64,000 nt of DNA from Candidatus Tectimicrobiota bacterium (GTDB taxonomy: Bacteria; JACPUC01): positions 186,001 through 250,000 of the forward strand of contig JACPUC010000008.1 in NCBI GenBank assembly GCA_016192455.1, in the 5' to 3' direction. The notes under the pieces are model-generated. The model was not told the origin of the DNA and did no database searches. It was given only the letters and a program-made list of their open reading frames with translations. Numbering within the stretch: position 1 is the first letter of the stretch; each line of letters starts with the position of its first letter. Both the position numbers and the translations under genes were made by a program. Of the stretch, positions 8,900 to 19,246 are shown in pieces.

Positions 8900-10801
8900 A
8901 TGTGCGGCATCTGCGGCTTCACGGAGCGAGAGGAGGCGACGCCGGCGCCGCGCCGGCTCGAGGCCATGGCCGCCTCGCTCCAGCACCGTGGACCCGACGC
9001 GCGCGCTGCGTGGTTCTCCGCCGATGAGCGCTGCGGCCTCGCCACCGCGCGGCTCTCGATCATCGACCTGCCGGGCGGAGCCCAGCCGATGCGCTCGGCG
9101 GACGGGCGGCACGTTCTGGTCTTCAACGGCGAGATCTACAACTTCCACTCCTTGCGCCGGGAGCTGGCGCAGCGGGGCCATCGCTTCCGCACCGCCTCCG
9201 ACACCGAGGTGCTCCTGGAGGCCTACCGCGCCTGGGGCCGCGCCTGCGTCCAGCGCCTGCGGGGCATGTTCGCCTTCGCCGTCTACGACAGCGAGCAGCG
9301 CCTCCTCTTCCTGGCGCGCGACCGGACCGGGATCAAGCCCCTCTACTACCACGCCGGGGTGAACGGCTTCTACTTCGCCTCCGAGATCAAGGCGCTGTTG
9401 ACCGTGCCGCACCTGCCGCGGCGCCTCAACTATGCGGCGCTGGGGGACTACTGCGTCCTTGGCTACCCCGTGGCGCCGGCAACCTTCTTCGCCGACATCC
9501 ATGAGCTGCCGCCGGGCGCCTGGCTGGAGGTGTCGCCGCGCGGCCTGACCCGGCGGACCTACTGGTCGTGGGAACGCCAGGCGGCGGCATGGGACGAAGA
9601 GACCGCCCTGGAGCATGTCGCCCAGGCCCTGACCTCCAGCCTGCGCGAGCACCTCATCGCGGATGTCCCCCTCGGCGCTTTCCTGAGCGGCGGGCTCGAC
9701 TCCTCCCTCCTTGCGGCGCTCATCGTGCGCGAGCTTGGACGCCCCCTCGAGACCTTCAACGTCGCCTTCAGCGAGGCGGGCTACGACGAGTCGCCATACG
9801 CCCGCCTGGTCGCCCGCCACCTCGGCACGCGGCACCACGAAATCGTCGTCGCGTCGGCGGCGGCGGACCTCTCGCTCCTCGACGAGGTGGCGCGCCAGTT
9901 CGACCAGCCGTTTGCCGACTCCTCGGCGATCCCCACCTACCTCATCTGCCGGGAAATCCGCCGCGCGGTCAAGGTGGCGCTGGCAGGCGACGGCGGCGAT
10001 GAGATGTTCGGCGGCTACGAGAAGTTCCGCTACGCCAATGCCATTCGCCGGCTGGGCAGGTTGCCCGGCTGGGGGATTGCGGCCGGCCGACGGGCGTCAC
10101 GCCTCGGCGCCACCCTGGCGCCGGCCCTCGTCCGCAAGACGCAACGCCTGCTGCGGGCGGCGGCGGCGCGCAACGGGAACCGCCTCCTGGCGCTCAACTG
10201 CTACACCTACCCGGAGCAGCTCGGGGAGGTCCTCGCCCCCCCCGTCATGGAGGAGCTGCGCCGCACCCCTCCCGCCTGCTTCAGCATGCACGCCTGCGCG
10301 GATGATCCCGGCGGCGCCGAGCTCCTCGATTGGACGATCCGCTACGAGCTGCCGGGCGACTACCTGCGCAAGGTTGACATGATGAGCAGCGCCCACGGCC
10401 TGGAGGTGCGCGAGCCGCTCCTCGGCGAAGCGGTCCTGGCTTGCGCTGCCAGGCTGCCGGAGCCGATGAAATACTCCCTTCGGCAAACCAAGGTGCTGCT
10501 CAGGAAACTCGCCGCCCGCTACCTGCCCAGAACGGTGGTGGAGAAACCAAAGGCGGGCTTCGGCATCCCGCTTGATGCTTGGCTGGGCCTCCAGGGACGC
10601 GAGGCGATGCAGGCGACGCTCTGCTCCTCCAAGGCGCGCCTCCGCGACCTCATTCGCCCCGACCACTTGGAACCTCTCCTGCAGGGATTCGTGACGCAGC
10701 GCTGGGCCAAGGCCCACCGCAGCCGCTTCCTCCTCTACCAGCAGGTCTACCTGCTCTGGAGTCTGGAGCGCTGGCTGGCAACCTGGAACCCGACGCTGTA
10801 A
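8900..10801 (+). CDS. asnB: Asparagine synthase (glutamine-hydrolysing) family amidotransferase
   Basis: MCGICG Ntn cysteine, HRGPD, RLSIIDL, FNGEIYN, SDTEV, FLSGGLDSS, GDGGDEMFGGY, KAGF. Confidence 0.95.
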   Translation: MCGICGFTEREEATPAPRRLEAMAASLQHRGPDARAAWFSADERCGLATARLSIIDLPGGAQPMRSADGRHVLVFNGEIYNFHSLRRELAQRGHRFRTASDTEVLLEAYRAWGRACVQRLRGMFAFAVYDSEQRLLFLARDRTGIKPLYYHAGVNGFYFASEIKALLTVPHLPRRLNYAALGDYCVLGYPVAPATFFADIHELPPGAWLEVSPRGLTRRTYWSWERQAAAWDEETALEHVAQALTSSLREHLIADVPLGAFLSGGLDSSLLAALIVRELGRPLETFNVAFSEAGYDESPYARLVARHLGTRHHEIVVASAAADLSLLDEVARQFDQPFADSSAIPTYLICREIRRAVKVALAGDGGDEMFGGYEKFRYANAIRRLGRLPGWGIAAGRRASRLGATLAPALVRKTQRLLRAAAARNGNRLLALNCYTYPEQLGEVLAPPVMEELRRTPPACFSMHACADDPGGAELLDWTIRYELPGDYLRKVDMMSSAHGLEVREPLLGEAVLACAARLPEPMKYSLRQTKVLLRKLAARYLPRTVVEKPKAGFGIPLDAWLGLQGREAMQATLCSSKARLRDLIRPDHLEPLLQGFVTQRWAKAHRSRFLLYQQVYLLWSLERWLATWNPTL

Positions 10802-10877
10802 TGTTGCCTCGCAATGATGCGCTTACGAATGGGCGGCTTCCGATTGGGCCGCCGGGGGGCTGGGAGAGACGAACGCG

Positions 10878-12782
10878 ATGGGCAAACTGGCGCACGCCAT
10901 GGCCCAGGGTCTCCTGGCGCTTCTCCTGGTGGGGCCGTTCTTCGTCTTCTCGTGGCTGAATACCACCCTCTTCCTCTTCCCCAAGACCATTTTCGCGGTG
11001 CTGACGGGAACGTTGCTCGTGACGGTCGCCGCGCTTCGTTGGCTTACTGGCGCGCGGCGCCTCCGCCTGCCGGGGGGTACCGCCGGCATCGCCATGCTGG
11101 CCTTCGTCGGCCTCTTCCTCTGGTCCCTCCTGACCCTTCCCGGGGCGCACTTCCCCCACCAGGCTGTCGAGCACTCGCTGCTCCTGGGAGGGATGGGGCT
11201 CCTCTACCTGGCGCTGCGCCCCCTTCTGCGCACCCCAACGTGGCGCGCCATCCACAGTGGGCTCGTCGTCGCCGCCGCCTCCCTTACGGCGATCTACGCG
11301 ATCGTGCAGTTCTACGGGCTCGATCCGATCTTCTGCCAGCAAGCCGGCGACCTCACCTACACGTGCGTGCAATCCGCATCGAGCGGCAAGATCGTGGCGG
11401 GAGGATTCCTCGGCAACCCGAATTTCGTCGGCATGGCCTTGGTGCCGGCCTTCTTCCTCGCCCTCGCTGCCTTCAGCCGTTTCTACGGAGCCGAACGCAC
11501 GTGGCCCGCCCTCGGTTTCGCGCTGGCGGCGCTCTGCCTGCTCTTCGGCCTGCGGGCGAGCGAGAGCAGGATCGGCGGCGTGGCTCTGGTGGTCGGGCTT
11601 GTGGCAGTGGTCCTCCAGATTCTGGCGCTCCTCCTGCGGCGTCTGCGCCTCCTGCGCCTCCTGATCCTGGCGCAGGCCGGCGGCATCGTCGCGCTCATCG
11701 GCCTGAGCCTCTGGCTGAGCCTGGCTCCGCTCGCGCCGACGATGATCGCCAAGCTGGAGAACCTGAGCTCCGGCCGCCTCTTCGCGTGGCGCATTGCCGG
11801 CCGCATGATCGCTGCCAACCCGATCACGGGAATCGGCCTTGGCGGATACCCCTCCGAGTACTTCCGTGCGCGAGCTGAATTACTCAAGGAACCGGAGGAA
11901 GAGGTCTACAATCTCAACCTCTATCCTAGGAACTTGCAGCAGAAGCCCCATAACGACTATTTACAAATTGCCGGCGAACTAGGGCTACCGGGTTTGCTGC
12001 TGATGGTGGTACTGCTTGTAGCCCTTACTACTCTTGCCGCACATCAACTTTCGGTGGGCCTGCGACAGCTTGGCATCGGGGAGGCTGCCGGCAGGCTTCT
12101 AAACTTCCAAGCGTGGATGTCACTTATGATAGCGGGCGTCGCCCATTACCCCTTCCAGTTCCCGACGCTGGCGATCCTGACGCTCTTCACCACCGCCCTA
12201 GTGACTACTGGCGCCACAACTACCAACACCTCCGAGGCGGGGCAAACGTTGCCATCCTCGGGGAACCTTCGCGACGCGATGCCGGGCGCTCTGTGGCTGC
12301 GGAGAGGGATGCAAGCGGTGCTGTGCCTCCTCGCGGCAGTGTTCCTCTTCGCCACCGTCACCGTGTTCCGGGCCGACGTCGCTGTGGAGAGGGGACGCAG
12401 GCTCTTGCTCAGTTACCGCCAACAGCTCCACGCGGTCGGCGACGATCTTGGGGCTGTTGACCGGGCGGCGCTCCTCCAGGCCCGCGAACGATTCAACGCC
12501 TCGCTCCGCCTCTACCCGTGGTCTGGCCGCGCCTGGTACTTCCTCGGCAACACCCACCTCCTGGAGCGCGCGCCCGACAAGGCCATGGCCTCCTTCCTGC
12601 GCGGGCTGCTCGATGAGCGCACCGAATCCCTCCACTACGCCGTGGCCGTGGCCGCCCATGGGCGCGGCTACCTGGCGCGCGCGCTTCGCGAGTACGCGCG
12701 CCTCCTGGAATTCGCCCCCCACGCCGCCAGGTACGGCCAGATGCTGACGACCGTCCTGGCCGTGCCCGAGCGTCTCCTCTGA
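10878..12782 (+). CDS. O-antigen ligase (Wzy_C/WaaL-like) membrane protein with C-terminal TPR-like region
   Basis: Many TM helices; GFLGNPNF, SGRLFAW, PITGIGLGGY, PHNDYLQIAGELGLPG; helical-repeat tail (AWYFLGN). Confidence 0.88.
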   Translation: MGKLAHAMAQGLLALLLVGPFFVFSWLNTTLFLFPKTIFAVLTGTLLVTVAALRWLTGARRLRLPGGTAGIAMLAFVGLFLWSLLTLPGAHFPHQAVEHSLLLGGMGLLYLALRPLLRTPTWRAIHSGLVVAAASLTAIYAIVQFYGLDPIFCQQAGDLTYTCVQSASSGKIVAGGFLGNPNFVGMALVPAFFLALAAFSRFYGAERTWPALGFALAALCLLFGLRASESRIGGVALVVGLVAVVLQILALLLRRLRLLRLLILAQAGGIVALIGLSLWLSLAPLAPTMIAKLENLSSGRLFAWRIAGRMIAANPITGIGLGGYPSEYFRARAELLKEPEEEVYNLNLYPRNLQQKPHNDYLQIAGELGLPGLLLMVVLLVALTTLAAHQLSVGLRQLGIGEAAGRLLNFQAWMSLMIAGVAHYPFQFPTLAILTLFTTALVTTGATTTNTSEAGQTLPSSGNLRDAMPGALWLRRGMQAVLCLLAAVFLFATVTVFRADVAVERGRRLLLSYRQQLHAVGDDLGAVDRAALLQARERFNASLRLYPWSGRAWYFLGNTHLLERAPDKAMASFLRGLLDERTESLHYAVAVAAHGRGYLARALREYARLLEFAPHAARYGQMLTTVLAVPERLL

Positions 12783-12798
12783 GAGGATCGAAGGAACC

Positions 12799-13638
12799 AT
12801 GAAGCCGCAAACCTTCAAGCAGGCCTGCGTCAACTGGACCTACGAGCCCGGCGCCTATGCGGCCTTCCTCGAGGAGGCCTGGCCGCTCATCGACAAGGTG
12901 CCCGGCCGCCTCGGCCAGATCGAGGCCTTCTTCCTCTACCAATCTGCGCGCTCGCTGCGGTCGCAGACGCGTGGCATCGATCTCCTCCCGGCGCATGCCG
13001 TCCTAGAGATCGGCAGCTTCCGCGGCCGCTCCAGCGTCGCCCTCGGTCTGGGGCTGCAACGCAACCCGGAAGGTGGGTTCCGCCTCTACTGCCTGGACCC
13101 CTTCTTCGATGAACAGCTTGCCGAGGGGTTCCTGGCGGAGTTCCGGCGCAACATCGCCGCCGCCGGCCTGACGGACATCGTCGAGTGCATTCCCAGCACC
13201 AGCAAGGAGGCGGTGCAGCGCTGGCCCCTCAGCCGCCCCCTCGCCATGTTGTGGATCGACGGCAACCACGAGTACGAGCACGTGCGCGACGATCTCCTCT
13301 GCTGGCTCCCCTTCCTCAACCCAGGGGGGATCGTCGCCTTCCACGACTGGTACCTCCTCGGCGTGCGCGAGGCGCTCCTGCGCCACTTTTTCCCCAACCC
13401 CTGCCTGCAGGAGGTGGCGGTGATCGACTACAACTTGGTGGCGGCACGCAAGGTGGATGCCCCGCCCACCTGCGAGCAGCGGGCCACCAAGAAGCGGATG
13501 GAGTGGGCCCTGCGCACCGGCTCGACCAGCCCCTGGCTGGCGCTCCTGGCGATGACCTACGAGGTGCTGAGCCGCCCCTTCGGGAACCTGCACCATTTCT
13601 TCCGGGAAACTATTTCAGTGACACGCCAGCGCTCGTAG
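12799..13638 (+). CDS. Class I SAM-dependent methyltransferase (Methyltransf_24-like)
   Basis: VLEIGSFRGRS, LWIDGNHEYE, PGGIVAFHD. Confidence 0.88.
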   Translation: MKPQTFKQACVNWTYEPGAYAAFLEEAWPLIDKVPGRLGQIEAFFLYQSARSLRSQTRGIDLLPAHAVLEIGSFRGRSSVALGLGLQRNPEGGFRLYCLDPFFDEQLAEGFLAEFRRNIAAAGLTDIVECIPSTSKEAVQRWPLSRPLAMLWIDGNHEYEHVRDDLLCWLPFLNPGGIVAFHDWYLLGVREALLRHFFPNPCLQEVAVIDYNLVAARKVDAPPTCEQRATKKRMEWALRTGSTSPWLALLAMTYEVLSRPFGNLHHFFRETISVTRQRS

Positions 13639-13870
13639 CCGGAGTCCGCATCCTCTCCGGCGAACCGGCCTGCTGCACAGGGGACGGCTTGGAAGCCGCG
13701 AGCGGGGCTATGTAACAATGAGCTGAGGTGGATTTGCGAGGTCCGAGCCGATGAAGAGACCAATCTGCAAAGCATAAAAGCTACCCGCAAGCGAATACTA
13801 ACCTTACGTCAGTTCCACGTCTTCCACCTTCTTGCACGAAATCATTGGCACAATCGTGCTTAAGTTATAC

Positions 13871-14848
13871 CTAGCAACCTACTACTCTAACTTGCTCGCC
13901 ACTGCGACGTATTGAGGTCTCTCGCTCGGAAAGTAGGGGTGAAAGCCCAGCACACGTTCTGCAAATCGGCTCGGTATAGTTGCCGAGAAAGATCTCACGT
14001 CGATGGCTCAAACTCAGTTTCCAAAGTTGAATAAAATCCTGGTCGTTAATGTTTCCATAAATATACTCAGCAAGAAAATCCTCGCAACAAATAATCAAAT
14101 CACCATCGAAGGTCAACGTTGCTCGACGACTACGAAAGCAACCAGTCTTTGACATATACGCAATCCTGTCATCATCTATGAGACCACCTCGACTTGATAA
14201 GACTCTGCTCGCAGAGGTCCAATTTACAATGTTTATTTTCTCTCCAAGATTTGGGTGCTTATCGATCAGGCGACTAAGTTCCTGAATCGCCGCTGAGGGG
14301 GTGGGGTCATGCTGAGAAATCAGGAATATATCAACACCCGCCTCGACCAACTGGTAGAAACGATCAACGCTCAAGAAATCTGCGTTTGTGTTAATAAGGA
14401 TGATCGAACTTGGTAGGACCTTCCGTGCGTATTGGACAAATTGATCAATTCGTTCATCAAGTAGCGGTTCGCCGTAAAAGTTTGGAATTATATATCCTCT
14501 ATATTTGTAGAGCGCGAGCTCGTCGATCAGCTTCTTATACAGAGACAAATCAAGAAATCCTTTGGGTCTTGCCTGGTGAACATTTGGACAATAGGAACAG
14601 CGCCGGTTGCAGAGGGAGTTCATTTCGAACTCTACGGCGAGCGGCAGGCGATGCTTGAGCAGCACATCCCAATAGAGTCGACGAAATCGTCGATTCTGGA
14701 CCCATTCGAATGGGTCTTTCCCCTTCGGACATCCTCCAGCTATCGCCACAAATTCTTCGAGAACGCTTCGTAGTATCTTATATCTTATCAAATACGGATA
14801 AGCCCAACGAAAAATAATTCTACCAGGTTTCTTTACGAACTGATGCAT
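13871..14848 (-). CDS. Radical SAM protein with SPASM/twitch domain (low GC)
   Basis: CNRRCSYC, YGEPLL, C-terminal C...DGDLIICCEDF...GNI...CRTC; AT-rich (hand count 19/60 GC at 14041-14100). Confidence 0.88.
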   Translation of the reverse strand: MHQFVKKPGRIIFRWAYPYLIRYKILRSVLEEFVAIAGGCPKGKDPFEWVQNRRFRRLYWDVLLKHRLPLAVEFEMNSLCNRRCSYCPNVHQARPKGFLDLSLYKKLIDELALYKYRGYIIPNFYGEPLLDERIDQFVQYARKVLPSSIILINTNADFLSVDRFYQLVEAGVDIFLISQHDPTPSAAIQELSRLIDKHPNLGEKINIVNWTSASRVLSSRGGLIDDDRIAYMSKTGCFRSRRATLTFDGDLIICCEDFLAEYIYGNINDQDFIQLWKLSLSHRREIFLGNYTEPICRTCAGLSPLLSERETSIRRSGEQVRVVGC

Positions 14849-15566
14849 TGTCCCGTCTCTTATGCCTACATTTAAGCTAAGCCTTTGCGGCAGCTTTCGA
14901 TTGTCGCGTTTCTGGTAGGCGATTGTCGTTCACGCTTAGATCATCTTGCCCACCACGAGGGCGGTTGAGGCAAAAACACCCTCGCCCCGCGTCCATCGGT
15001 GGCGTTGTGCTCTCATTGTATGGGGTGATGCAGCATCTGAGTCAAGCAGAATTCTTTTTCCCCTCATGAGGTGCAACTCTCCTCACCTGTTCGTTGCAGG
15101 TGAGTCAGGGGCGCCCCCGTTGCGATCTCACCCGCCACCTCCCCAGCCCCATCACCCGAGCAGGCGCGGCAGAATTTGCCGGGGAGCTGCGGCGCCGAGC
15201 ACGCTTTGCCGCCTCTCCTACGCAAGCCGTCCCCCTCTCCTCATCCTGGGGACGATGATAGGAACGGTCCCGAGATCTCTTCCTCCAGACACCCAGCCCC
15301 TTCTCAAGTCCGCGCTTGACCGCGCTCTCGCGCTGAACACCCTGCGAGGTCAGGGCAAGGAGGGGGGAAGCCACCCGTCACCTGTCGGCTTGGAACCAAC
15401 CTTGCATGACGCCACGTCGAACGACGCGCCACCTGGTGTGACGCATGGCGCATCGCGCCTCCGCTGCCGCGAAGCAAGGGAGAGCTACGCTCTCTCATAG
15501 GATCATAGGATAATGACAGCGCCTCGTCAGGGCTGGCGGCTGGCGCTTCAGCTTCTTTGACGCGGG

Positions 15567-16766
15567 GTGAATGACAGGATGGTCCCTGATCCTTTCCGGC
15601 TCGATTCAGAGAGCCGCCTCTTCCTGCACCTCCTCCGCGGGGCCCCGCCGCCGGATGGGCCCGCCGTGCGCCACCTTGACTGGCGGCGCTTCCTGCTGCG
15701 CGCCTCGGGGGGCCGCGTCCTCTACGCAGTGGCGCGAACCTTGCGGGATGAGGCCCCCGCACTCGTGCCACCGCCGGTGAAGCCGACGCTGGCGCGCATC
15801 GTCGACGAGGGAGACCATCGGCGCTTGCAGCTTCAGCGCACGCTGGAACATATCCGCCGGCGCCTCGACGGCCGCTTTCCGTACCTCGTCGCCAAGACCG
15901 CCCGGCCGTACCCGTACATCACCTTCGATGTGGACCTCCTCGTGTTGCCGGAGGACTACAACGCGGTGGCCCGCTGCCTCACCGAGGGGGGCGGCCGCAT
16001 GCAAGCCTACGCTCCCAAGAAGCAGCACGACCTCCTCGTCCCCGGCCTCCTGCGCATTGATCTGCATCATGACTTCTGCTGGCAAGGCTCCCACTTCGTG
16101 GATGCCGAGTTCGTCTGGTCCGAGAGCACGACGACCATCATCGAAGACATTCCCTCGCCCACGCCGAACGCGACCGTCGAGTGGGCGCTCGTGGCGCTCA
16201 ACTTGCTCTACGAACGCACCTACCTCCCCTGGCTCGACTACCTCGCGCTGCAGGCATGGGAGCAGCGCGGCTCGCCGCGCGCCGTCTCCACAGAGGAAAA
16301 CAATGGAGCGCCTCTGCCGGCCCTCGCCCAAGCCGGTGGGCCTTCACCCCAGGCCGGGATCGAGGGGGGTGTGCACCACGCCATGATCTCCAGCCAGGCC
16401 CGACTCCATGGGTGGATCGAGGGCCTCTCCCTCCTGCGCTCGCTGCTGCACGCGGTGACTGCGGCGTGCGCGCTCGCCTGGCCGTCCGACGCCGCGTCCA
16501 CTCCGTCGCCCCGGAGAGTCCCCAGCCCAGCCGGGGGCGACCGCTCGATCCTAGCTGCCCAGCCTGGCTACGCCTGTCTGCCGCTGATCTTCAGCGCCTC
16601 GATGATCGCCAGGCTCTACGCGGAGGGCTGGCGGCGCCGGCGCTCCCTCCCCTGCCACGACCTCGCCTACGCGGCGTTCGCCAAGGCACGCTATCATTTG
16701 ACGCGGGGCCAGCGCTTCCCAATCTACGGCCACTGGTTTGACCTCGGAGAGGTACCCTGCCGATGA
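15567..16766 (+). CDS. Nucleotidyltransferase family protein (NTP_transf_5-like)
   Basis: FDVDLLV (DxD), RIDLHH; ATGA overlap with the next gene; start 15567 or 15579. Confidence 0.65.
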   Translation: MNDRMVPDPFRLDSESRLFLHLLRGAPPPDGPAVRHLDWRRFLLRASGGRVLYAVARTLRDEAPALVPPPVKPTLARIVDEGDHRRLQLQRTLEHIRRRLDGRFPYLVAKTARPYPYITFDVDLLVLPEDYNAVARCLTEGGGRMQAYAPKKQHDLLVPGLLRIDLHHDFCWQGSHFVDAEFVWSESTTTIIEDIPSPTPNATVEWALVALNLLYERTYLPWLDYLALQAWEQRGSPRAVSTEENNGAPLPALAQAGGPSPQAGIEGGVHHAMISSQARLHGWIEGLSLLRSLLHAVTAACALAWPSDAASTPSPRRVPSPAGGDRSILAAQPGYACLPLIFSASMIARLYAEGWRRRRSLPCHDLAYAAFAKARYHLTRGQRFPIYGHWFDLGEVPCR

Positions 16767-19246
16767 AGGTCCTTGCCGTCATCGATGGCTTCCTGCCGCC
16801 GTTCGTCGAGCGCACCGGCCTGCGCGTCCTCGCCGCGCTCTTCCGGCGGCTGGTGGCGCGGGGGTGTGACCTCCACGTGCTGACCACGATCCCCGCCCAC
16901 GTCGATCCCAACTGGCGGACGTGGGTGGATGATCAGTGGCACGCCGGCCTGCGCCTCCACCCGCGCCCCGAACCGTTCGGCAGCTTGCCGCGGCTCGCCT
17001 TCCTCGGGGCGCGCTTCCGCCTGGCGCCCGAGGTGGCGCGCCTGCAACGCGCCCACGGCTTTGACCTCATCCACGAGTACTCCTCCAGCCCCTGGCTGGC
17101 GAACCGCACCGCGCTCTACCGCTGCACGGGCGCCGCCACGCTCCACTCGCTCATCACCTGCAATGAGACCTGGCTCGGCGACCCGCGGGGCTGCCGGCTC
17201 TTCCCCGACCTCCTCCTCTGCGCCAGCCGGCGCGATTACGAGGCGCTGCGCCGAAGACGCCCCGAGCGCGTCGCCTACCTCCCTCTCGGCATCGAGGTGG
17301 CGGCCTTCAGCAGCGCCGAGCCCAGGAGATGCGCCGGCACCGGCAAGCCACCCGTCATCCTCTACCTCGGCCCCCTGGAGGAACGCAAGGGCATCGGCAC
17401 GCTGCTGCGGGCCGCCGTGCTGCTCCAGCGGCCGTACCCCGCGGCGCGGTTCGTCATCGCCACGCACGCCTGCAACGGCCGCGGCTACGCCTATGCCGCG
17501 GCGCGCCGCAAGCTCCTGGCGACGGCAGACGCCACGGGCATGCAGCTCGACCTGCGCGAGGGATACCTGGATGTGCCGCGCCTCCTCGCCGAGGCGGACA
17601 TCCTTGCGTATCCCCTCACCTCGCTGCACGGCACGCTCCACCAGCCCGCCACCCTCCTCGAGGCCATGGCGGCCGGAACGGCGGTGGTGGCGACGGCGCT
17701 CCCAGCCATCCAGGAGATCGTCACGGAGGGCGTCGACGGACTCCTCGCGCCACCCAACGACGCCGCCGCGCTCGCCGCGCGCCTCGCCACGCTGCTCGAG
17801 CACCCCAGTCTGCGCTGGATGCTGGCGGGGAACGCCGCCCGCCGCGCCGCCCAGTTCGATCTGGAGCCTTGCGCCGCGACCCTGCTGCGCCACTACGAGG
17901 CGATCCTCCAGAGCGCGCCACGGCGCCTCGCCCGGCCGGCGCCGCGCCAACCGCGGGAGCCGCTTCCCGCCGCCTGGTCTGACCTTCAGGGCGGCCCGGC
18001 GGCCCCTCCGGGTTCGCCCCGCCTGAGCCGCGGGGGAGGTCTGAGGCTGGTGTTCTTGACCGACATCACGCCCACGACCGGCTCCTGGATCGGACGCTAC
18101 GAGCCGCTGGCGCGCGAGCTGGTGAAGCTCGGCCACCAAGTCACGATCCTGGCGCCTCATCCGAGCTACGGGACGCTTCCTCCCGCCGAGCGCGTCTCCT
18201 GGCGCGACGGCGTCATCATCCGCTCCGTCGGCTCCTGTTTCTACCGCCAGACGGCGCGCGGCCGCCGCTACCGCTCCACCGCCACGATCCTGCGCCTGGC
18301 CGCCGGCACCCTGTGCCGCATGGTCGCGCAGGCCTGGAGCTCGCGCTACGACGCGCTCCTCGTCGCCAAGCCGCTGCCCCTGGCGAGCTGCGCCGCCCTC
18401 CTCCTGCGGCTGCTGCGGCGCCGCCCGGTCGTCGTCGATTGCGACGACTTCGAGCCGGCCACGAACAACCCCCAGGGGGCCGTGCAGCGCCGCGCCCTGC
18501 AACTCTCCGAGGCGCTGGCGCCGCGGCTTGCCCACCACGTGACGACGCACAGCGCCTTCCTCGCCCGCCGCCTGCTGGCCCGTGGGGTACGACTGCCGCG
18601 ACTCACCTACCTGCCGAACGGCATCGACGCGCGGCGCCTTGGCGAGGGATGGCCGCCGCGGCTCGATCTCGGGCGGCCCGTGCGCATCCTTTACTGCGGC
18701 GATCTCAACCTGGAGAGCGGCCACCACGTGGACCTCCTGCTGCAGGCCGCGGCGCAGGCGCGTCAACAGACCGCCTTCCCCTTCCAGATCGACATCGTCG
18801 GCGACGGCAGGGACGAGCACGTTTTGCGGCGCCTGGCGGCCCGCCTCGGCATCGATTCCCTGGTGGCATGGCACGGCCGCATCGATCCCTTCGCGGTGCG
18901 AGAGACGCTGGCGCGGGCGCAGATCGCCGTGGACCCCGTCAGCCTCACGCCCGGCAATCTCGGCCGCTGCCCGCTGAAGGTCCTCGAAGCGATGCACGCC
19001 GGCCTGCCGGTCATCACCAGCGCCGTCGGCGAGCGCCGCCGTCTCCTCCAGGACGCGGGCGTCTACGTCCCGGCCGGCGACGCCCCTGCCTTGGGCGAGG
19101 CCCTGCGGCTGCTCATCGAGGCGCCCGGCCTGCGCCACGAGGTGGGGCGCCGGGCGGCCGCCCTGGCGCTCCCATATCGCTGGAGCACCCTGGCGCGCCG
19201 GTTTGAGCACCTCCTCCAGGGGGTGATCCGAAAGGAGCGTTCCTGA
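16763..19246 (+). CDS. Tandem double glycosyltransferase family 4
   Basis: Two GT-B modules: YLGPLEERKG...LLEAMAAGTAVV and YLPNGID...PLKVLEAMHAGLPVI, joined by a Pro-rich linker. Confidence 0.88.
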   Translation: MKVLAVIDGFLPPFVERTGLRVLAALFRRLVARGCDLHVLTTIPAHVDPNWRTWVDDQWHAGLRLHPRPEPFGSLPRLAFLGARFRLAPEVARLQRAHGFDLIHEYSSSPWLANRTALYRCTGAATLHSLITCNETWLGDPRGCRLFPDLLLCASRRDYEALRRRRPERVAYLPLGIEVAAFSSAEPRRCAGTGKPPVILYLGPLEERKGIGTLLRAAVLLQRPYPAARFVIATHACNGRGYAYAAARRKLLATADATGMQLDLREGYLDVPRLLAEADILAYPLTSLHGTLHQPATLLEAMAAGTAVVATALPAIQEIVTEGVDGLLAPPNDAAALAARLATLLEHPSLRWMLAGNAARRAAQFDLEPCAATLLRHYEAILQSAPRRLARPAPRQPREPLPAAWSDLQGGPAAPPGSPRLSRGGGLRLVFLTDITPTTGSWIGRYEPLARELVKLGHQVTILAPHPSYGTLPPAERVSWRDGVIIRSVGSCFYRQTARGRRYRSTATILRLAAGTLCRMVAQAWSSRYDALLVAKPLPLASCAALLLRLLRRRPVVVDCDDFEPATNNPQGAVQRRALQLSEALAPRLAHHVTTHSAFLARRLLARGVRLPRLTYLPNGIDARRLGEGWPPRLDLGRPVRILYCGDLNLESGHHVDLLLQAAAQARQQTAFPFQIDIVGDGRDEHVLRRLAARLGIDSLVAWHGRIDPFAVRETLARAQIAVDPVSLTPGNLGRCPLKVLEAMHAGLPVITSAVGERRRLLQDAGVYVPAGDAPALGEALRLLIEAPGLRHEVGRRAAALALPYRWSTLARRFEHLLQGVIRKERS

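Noticed and set aside
15495-15510. TCATAGGA tandem repeat upstream of the nucleotidyltransferase operon
   Set aside because: Only two 8-bp copies; it may overlap a -10 element but is too short to call an operator.
8900-16766. Lasso peptide cluster (AsnB-like cyclase plus nucleotidyltransferase/kinase)
   Set aside because: AsnB has an intact Ntn glutaminase N-terminus (MCGI). No transglutaminase-like B protein, PqqD/RRE or precursor was seen.
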